Shown here piece by piece: positions 59,236 to 64,000 of a stretch of 64,000 nt of DNA. The stretch is from Spirochaetia bacterium (GTDB taxonomy: Bacteria; Spirochaetota; Spirochaetia; SZUA-6; Bin103). The position numbers were made by a program, and so were the translations under genes. Positions within the stretch are counted from its first letter, which is position 1. Every line of letters starts with the position of its first letter. The notes beneath the pieces are model-generated. The model did not search any database. It saw nothing but the letters and a program-made list of their open reading frames with translations, and was not told the DNA's origin. The DNA lies in contig OZ241863.1 in the NCBI GenBank assembly GCA_965203055.1, positions 2,784,001-2,848,000 on the forward strand, read 5' to 3'.

Positions 59236-60042
59236 ATGAACACCGAGCTGACCGAGGAGCAGATTGCCGCCTACCGGCGCGACGGGTTCCTGGTGGTGCG
59301 CGAGTTTCTGAGCCCGGCGGAGCGGGCCGAGCTGCTGGCCGGCATCGAACAGGCGGTGCGGCAGTTGGGCAGCTACAAGCTGGGCGGCGAGCGGCAGGAG
59401 AAGTGGTTGGACCGAGACAGCTTCTACGACCGGGTGTTCCTGCAGCGCATCAACCTGTGGAAGATCAACGCCGCCGTCAAGAAGTACATGCTGGCCCCGG
59501 AGCTTGGCCGGATGCTGTGCCGGCTGGAGGGGATCGCCGGCATCCGCATCTGGCACGATCAGACCTTGCAGAAGCAGCCGTGGGCCAACCCCACGGCGTG
59601 GCACGCGGACAACACCAAGTGGTCGTATCACTCGCGCCACGCCATTTCCATCTGGATCGCCCTCGACGCGGCAACGCCGCAGAACGGCTGCATGTACTAT
59701 CTGCCCGGCAGTCACCGCAACGAGACCTGCGACGACGTCCCGATCTCCCAGGAGATGGGCCTCTACTTCGAGCAGTTCCCCCAATTCCGCGACGTGATGC
59801 CGGTCGCCGGCGAGATGGAGATCGGCGACGCCGGCTTCCACAACGGCCTGCTGGCGCACGGCGCCGGTCCCAACATGACGCCCCACTGGCGGCGCGCGAT
59901 GACCGCCGGCTACATGCCCGACGGCTCGACCTTCAACGGCACGCAGAACGTACTCTCGGATGAACAGGTCGCCGCCCTCAAGGTGGGCGACCCGCTCGAC
60001 GACGAAGCGCAGAACCCGCTGTTGTGGCCGCAGCCGGCGTGA
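59236..60042 (+). CDS. PhyH-family dioxygenase
   Basis: WHAD, NGCMYYLPGSH and HGAGPN....RRA. Confidence 0.9.
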   Translation: MNTELTEEQIAAYRRDGFLVVREFLSPAERAELLAGIEQAVRQLGSYKLGGERQEKWLDRDSFYDRVFLQRINLWKINAAVKKYMLAPELGRMLCRLEGIAGIRIWHDQTLQKQPWANPTAWHADNTKWSYHSRHAISIWIALDAATPQNGCMYYLPGSHRNETCDDVPISQEMGLYFEQFPQFRDVMPVAGEMEIGDAGFHNGLLAHGAGPNMTPHWRRAMTAGYMPDGSTFNGTQNVLSDEQVAALKVGDPLDDEAQNPLLWPQPA

Positions 60043-60067
60043 CCCGTTCCGGCGTGCGGAGCCGCTG

Positions 60068-61384
60068 ATGGGCCGGCGGCGGCGCGCCGCGCCTGCGGCC
60101 GCCGCGGCGCCGGCGTCAGGGCCGTTCTACGGCTGGTACGTGGCGGGGGCGCTGTTCTTCGCCATGTTCCTGAGCATCGGCCTGCGGCAGGGGTTCGGCA
60201 TCTTCGTCGAGCCTTGGCAGCGCGAGTTCGGCGTCGGCGTCGCCACCATCTCGCTGGCCGCGTCCATCGGCTGGTTCGTCAATGGCGCCGGCCAGGTGCT
60301 GATGGGCTGGCTGATCGACCGCGTGGGCGGGCGGCTGGTGGTTTCCGGCGCCGCGCTCCTGCTCGGCGCCGCGGTGGCGCTGATGGCCGCGGTCAACAGC
60401 GTCTTCGCGTTGATCGTGGTCTACGGACTGCTGATGTCGCTGGCCTCCGCGGGGCTCGCGGGCGGGCCGCCGGGCGCGGTGGTGGTGCGCTGGTTCCGCC
60501 GCAAGCGCGGCGCCGCCATGAGTCTGCTCACCTCGGGAGGCTCCCTTGGCGGCCTGCTGCTGGTGCCGTTTCTGACCTACCTGTTCCTGTGGACCGATTG
60601 GCGCAGCGCGTGGCTGATCGGCGGCGCGCTGGTGCTGCTGCTGGGGGTGCCGCTGCTGTACCTGGTGCTGCGCGACGACCCGGCCGAGATGGGTCTGCAG
60701 CCGGACGGGGGGGCGGCCGCCGGCGCGGCCACCGGCGCCGCGGCAGGGGCCGCGGCGAGCGCCGGACCGCTGCTGGCGCGGCGCTGGCCGGATGCCTTTC
60801 GCTCGGCGCCGATGTGGCAGCTCTCCGCAGCCTACTGGGTATGCGGCGTGACCACCGCCTCCATCTCCGTGCACTACGTGCGCTGGGCGGTCGCGGAGGG
60901 GATTACGCCGGCCACCGCGGCGCTCGCCTTCGGCCTGCTCAGCGGCATCAACGCCGTCGGCGTGCTGCTGGTCGGACCGCTCTCCGACCGCGTGCCGCGC
61001 AAGACCCTGCTCGGCGTAGTGTACCTGATCCGCGGCGTAGCGTTTCTGTTGCTGGTGATTCTGCCGGGGCCCGCGGCGTTGTGGGGGTTTGCCATCGTCG
61101 GCGGCGTTTCGTGGCTGGCCACGGTACCTCTGACCACCTCGCTGGCGGCCGACGTCTACGGCGTCCGGCACCTCGGCACGCTGGCCGGACTGATCAACTT
61201 CGCCCACCAGATCGGCGGCGCGCTGGCGGTGTATCTGTTCGGTCTGGTGTTCGACCTCCGGGGCAGCTACGACTGGGCGTTTCTCGCCGGGGCGGCGACG
61301 CTGGCGGGAGCCGGCATCGTGAGCCTGAGCATCCGCGAACGGCGCTATTCCAGCCGCTACGTGAGCGCCCCGCAGCCCGCTTGA
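60068..61384 (+). CDS. MFS transporter
   Basis: FYGWYV, GWLIDRVGGR and GPLSDRVPRK. Confidence 0.9.
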   Translation: MGRRRRAAPAAAAAPASGPFYGWYVAGALFFAMFLSIGLRQGFGIFVEPWQREFGVGVATISLAASIGWFVNGAGQVLMGWLIDRVGGRLVVSGAALLLGAAVALMAAVNSVFALIVVYGLLMSLASAGLAGGPPGAVVVRWFRRKRGAAMSLLTSGGSLGGLLLVPFLTYLFLWTDWRSAWLIGGALVLLLGVPLLYLVLRDDPAEMGLQPDGGAAAGAATGAAAGAAASAGPLLARRWPDAFRSAPMWQLSAAYWVCGVTTASISVHYVRWAVAEGITPATAALAFGLLSGINAVGVLLVGPLSDRVPRKTLLGVVYLIRGVAFLLLVILPGPAALWGFAIVGGVSWLATVPLTTSLAADVYGVRHLGTLAGLINFAHQIGGALAVYLFGLVFDLRGSYDWAFLAGAATLAGAGIVSLSIRERRYSSRYVSAPQPA

Positions 61385-61393
61385 GCGCGCGCC

Positions 61394-61588
61394 ATGCGGT
61401 TGTTGCCGATCCTGCTGCACCATTCGGAGCCGGCGGATCCGACGCTGCTGCAGTGGATTCGCGAACGTATCGACGCCCTGCTCGGCTTGGGGCCGGCGCC
61501 GATCGTGCTGGTCCTGGGCGCCCTGATCGCCGCCTTTCCCATCGCGCTCGGCGTCTGGGCGACGATTCAGCGCCGCCGCGGCCAATGA
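61394..61588 (+). CDS. Small membrane protein
   Basis: 64 aa, one TM helix with a basic tail. ATGA overlap with nudC. Confidence 0.55.
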   Translation: MRLLPILLHHSEPADPTLLQWIRERIDALLGLGPAPIVLVLGALIAAFPIALGVWATIQRRRGQ

Positions 61589-62517
61589 GAGACCCTCATC
61601 CATTCGCCGGCAACCCGCTCGACCGGGGGGAGCGGGAACGCCGGGGCGAAGCCTGGATCGCGACCGCCGGACGAGCCGCAGGCAGCCGGTTCCTGCCCTT
61701 CAGCGACCTGGAGGTGCTGATCGACGATGCTGGCCCGCAACCGCGGCTCGGCTGGCTGGACGGGGACCGCATCCGTTCCCTGGCGCCGGGAGCCGAGCCG
61801 TTGTTCCTGGGCCTCCTGGAGGGCGCGGCGCACTTTGCCGTGGACCTGTCCCGCTGGCCGGCCGCCGTTGCCCGGATCGCGGCTGAACCGGGCCGGCGCT
61901 TCACCGACTGCCGTACCGCCGGCGGCGAATTGGCCGGCCCCGAGACCGGCATCACCGCCCAGGCCAGGTCACATCTGGACTGGCACCGCCGGCACGGCTT
62001 CTGCTCGGTGTGCGGGGAGCCCACCGTGGTGCGGCGCGGCGGCCAGGTACGCACCTGTCCCGCCTGCCGCGCCCAGCACTTCCCGCGAACCGATCCGGTG
62101 GTGATCACCGTGGTCGGCGACCCCGCCACCGACCGCTGCCTGCTAGGTCAGTCGCGCGGGCGCCTGTCGCGCCTGCGGATGTACTCCGCCCTCGCCGGGT
62201 TCGTAGACCAGGGGGAGGCGGTGGAGGAGGCGGTGGCGCGGGAGGTAATGGAGGAAGCGGGCATCCGGGTGACCAACGTCCGCTACCACTCCTCGCAGCC
62301 GTGGCCGTTTCCCTGTTCGCTCATGATCGGTTGCCTGGCGGAGGCCGCCACCACCGCCATCCGCATGGACGATGAGGAAATGTCCGCCGTGCACTGGTTC
62401 GAACGCCGTGAAGTGCTGCTGGCCCTCGCCGGCAAGAGCGAGGCGCTCTCGGTGCCCGGCCCCATCGCCATCGCCCACCACCTGATCAAGGCCTGGGCCA
62501 CCCGCGAGCCGTTCTAG
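61585..62517 (+). CDS. nudC: NAD(+) diphosphatase
   Basis: FCSVCG..CPAC zinc ribbon, FPRTDPVVI, Nudix box and SQPWPFPCS. Confidence 0.92.
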   Translation: MRDPHPFAGNPLDRGERERRGEAWIATAGRAAGSRFLPFSDLEVLIDDAGPQPRLGWLDGDRIRSLAPGAEPLFLGLLEGAAHFAVDLSRWPAAVARIAAEPGRRFTDCRTAGGELAGPETGITAQARSHLDWHRRHGFCSVCGEPTVVRRGGQVRTCPACRAQHFPRTDPVVITVVGDPATDRCLLGQSRGRLSRLRMYSALAGFVDQGEAVEEAVAREVMEEAGIRVTNVRYHSSQPWPFPCSLMIGCLAEAATTAIRMDDEEMSAVHWFERREVLLALAGKSEALSVPGPIAIAHHLIKAWATREPF

Positions 62518-62648
62518 CGGCGGGGCGGGCCGGCGGCGGCGCGCGATTGTGACCGGTGTGATTCGGTTCCCGGCGACCGGCATGCCGAAAAACACCTTTT
62601 TTCCGCAATTGAGTTGCCGAAATGATGATTCGCGGATAGGATGGCCGG

Positions 62649-63806
62649 ATGCCTCTGGCCCGCCGCCGCCTCGACCTGCGCCGCGATCTGCGCACGCGCT
62701 CCGTGTTCCTGTTCGGACCGCGGCAGACCGGCAAGTCGACCTGTCTGCGCCAGACGTTCCCCGACTCCCCGCGGTTCGACCTGCTGCGCGGCGAGGTGTT
62801 TCTGCGCCTCTCGCGCGAGCCTGGCCGGCTGCGGGGTGAGCTGGCGACCGTCGATCCCTCCTCCGGGCCGGTCATCATCGATGAAATCCAGAAGCTCCCG
62901 AGCCTGCTCGACGACGTGCACGACCTGATCGAAAGCCGCGGGTTCCGGTTCGCGCTGGCGGCCAGCAGCCCGGCCAAGCTCCGCCGCGGGGGCGTCAATC
63001 TGCTCGGCGGCCGGGCGCGTATCCGCCACCTGTTCCCGTTCGTGTCCGCCGAGGTCCCGGACTGGGATCTGCTGCGGGCGGTCAACGTCGGCGGCATCCC
63101 CTCGATCTACTACTCGGACGATCCGGTCGAGGACCTGCGCGCCTATTGCGGGGCCTATCTGCGGCTGGAGGTGCAGGCCGAAGGGCTGGTGCGCGGCGTG
63201 GAGCCGTTTTCGCGGTTCCTTACCGCGGCCGCCCTGTGCTGCGGGGAGCAGGTGGTATTCGATCGGCTGGCCGCGGACGCCGCGGTCCCGCCGCGCACCG
63301 TGCGCGAGTACTTCCAGGTGCTGGAAGACACGCTCACCGGCTTCCTGCTGCGGCCGTTCCGGGCCCGCCGCCCGCGGCGCAAGCCGGTAGCACGCGCCAA
63401 GTTCTACCTGTTCGACCCCGGCGTCGCCAACGCGCTGGCCGGCGTGACGCACGTCCGGCCCGGCAGCCCGGCGTTCGGGCGCGCCCTCGAGCATCTGATC
63501 TTCTGCGAGCTGCGCGCCTGGCAGGCGTATCACCGCGACCACCGCGGCCTGACCTACTGGCGGACCGCGGACGGATCGGAGGTCGACTTCGTGGCCGGCG
63601 ACGCGGCGGCGATCGAGGTCAAGGCGACCGGCGCCGTGACCGGCCGCGACCTGACCGGCCTGCGGCGCATCGCCGAGGAGGCTACCTGGCAGCGGCGCAT
63701 CGTGGTATGCACCGAATCGGCCGCGCGCGTCGTGGCCGGCATCGAGATCGTGCCGGTGCGCGAGTTCCTGCACCGGCTCTGGAACGGCGACGTCATCACT
63801 CCATGA
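62649..63806 (+). CDS. AAA_14 ATPase with DUF4143 domain
   Basis: GPRQTGKS, IIDEIQK, KFYLFDPG and YWRT..G.EVDF....IEVK. Confidence 0.9.
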   Translation: MPLARRRLDLRRDLRTRSVFLFGPRQTGKSTCLRQTFPDSPRFDLLRGEVFLRLSREPGRLRGELATVDPSSGPVIIDEIQKLPSLLDDVHDLIESRGFRFALAASSPAKLRRGGVNLLGGRARIRHLFPFVSAEVPDWDLLRAVNVGGIPSIYYSDDPVEDLRAYCGAYLRLEVQAEGLVRGVEPFSRFLTAAALCCGEQVVFDRLAADAAVPPRTVREYFQVLEDTLTGFLLRPFRARRPRRKPVARAKFYLFDPGVANALAGVTHVRPGSPAFGRALEHLIFCELRAWQAYHRDHRGLTYWRTADGSEVDFVAGDAAAIEVKATGAVTGRDLTGLRRIAEEATWQRRIVVCTESAARVVAGIEIVPVREFLHRLWNGDVITP

Positions 63807-63830
63807 AACGGCCGGCGGCGCGCGATCCCG

Positions 63831-64000
63831 CTAGCTGTGGGCCGCGCGGTCGCCGGCGTAGCTGCGGAAGCCGGCCACCATCAGGCCAAGCTGGTTGTCC
63901 TTCCGCGCCTCGGCGACCTCGGCCGCGCGCGCGGCGCGGTCCGCCGCGGTGGAGGCGCCGATCACCACGTAGTCGTCCGCTCTGCGGTAGCGGTGGATGA
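63831..64000 (-). CDS. Possible 3' end of an unknown gene running off the window
   Basis: Protein-like DDYVVIGASTA..AEVAEARKDNQLGLMVAGFRSY, which needs a frameshift. Weak. Confidence 0.25.
   Translation of the reverse strand, partial: IHRYRRADDYVVIGASTAADRAARAAEVAEARKDNQLGLMVAGFRSYAGDRAAHS

Overview
High-GC bacterial window. The solute-binding protein leaders and the expanded sulfatase, PhyH, Uma2 and AAA-PD-(D/E)XK content resemble a Spirochaetota-type or marine-invertebrate symbiont genome (inference only). Positions 1-32 kb are a rearranged surface-glycan locus: GT-C membrane glycosyltransferases, a GT2, a PAPS-dependent sulfotransferase, a UbiA/DPPR-synthase-like prenyltransferase and two aryl-sulfate sulfotransferases. 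Several of these share an unannotated ~105-aa two-Cys C-terminal domain, and three have (CCGCCGA)n or (CCGCCGAA)n tracts in their 5' ends, suggesting phase variation. These genes alternate with four mosaic AAA-ATPase/PD-(D/E)XK paralogs. The locus also holds an Rpn gene with an internal RpnS-like start, a PIN toxin pair, an ISKra4 element, a TGT..ACA three-gene transposon and a transposase-less HNH element bounded by ISKra4-type ends. Positions 32-64 kb contain two Uma2 nucleases, catabolic and transport genes, a 1442-aa RelE-like/UvrD/TPR protein resembling TRANK1, a second ISKra4-ended HNH element with a broken type IIG methylase cargo, nudC and a DUF4143 ATPase. No rRNA, tRNA or CRISPR array was seen. 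Scattered 1-2 nt frameshifts may be assembly errors.
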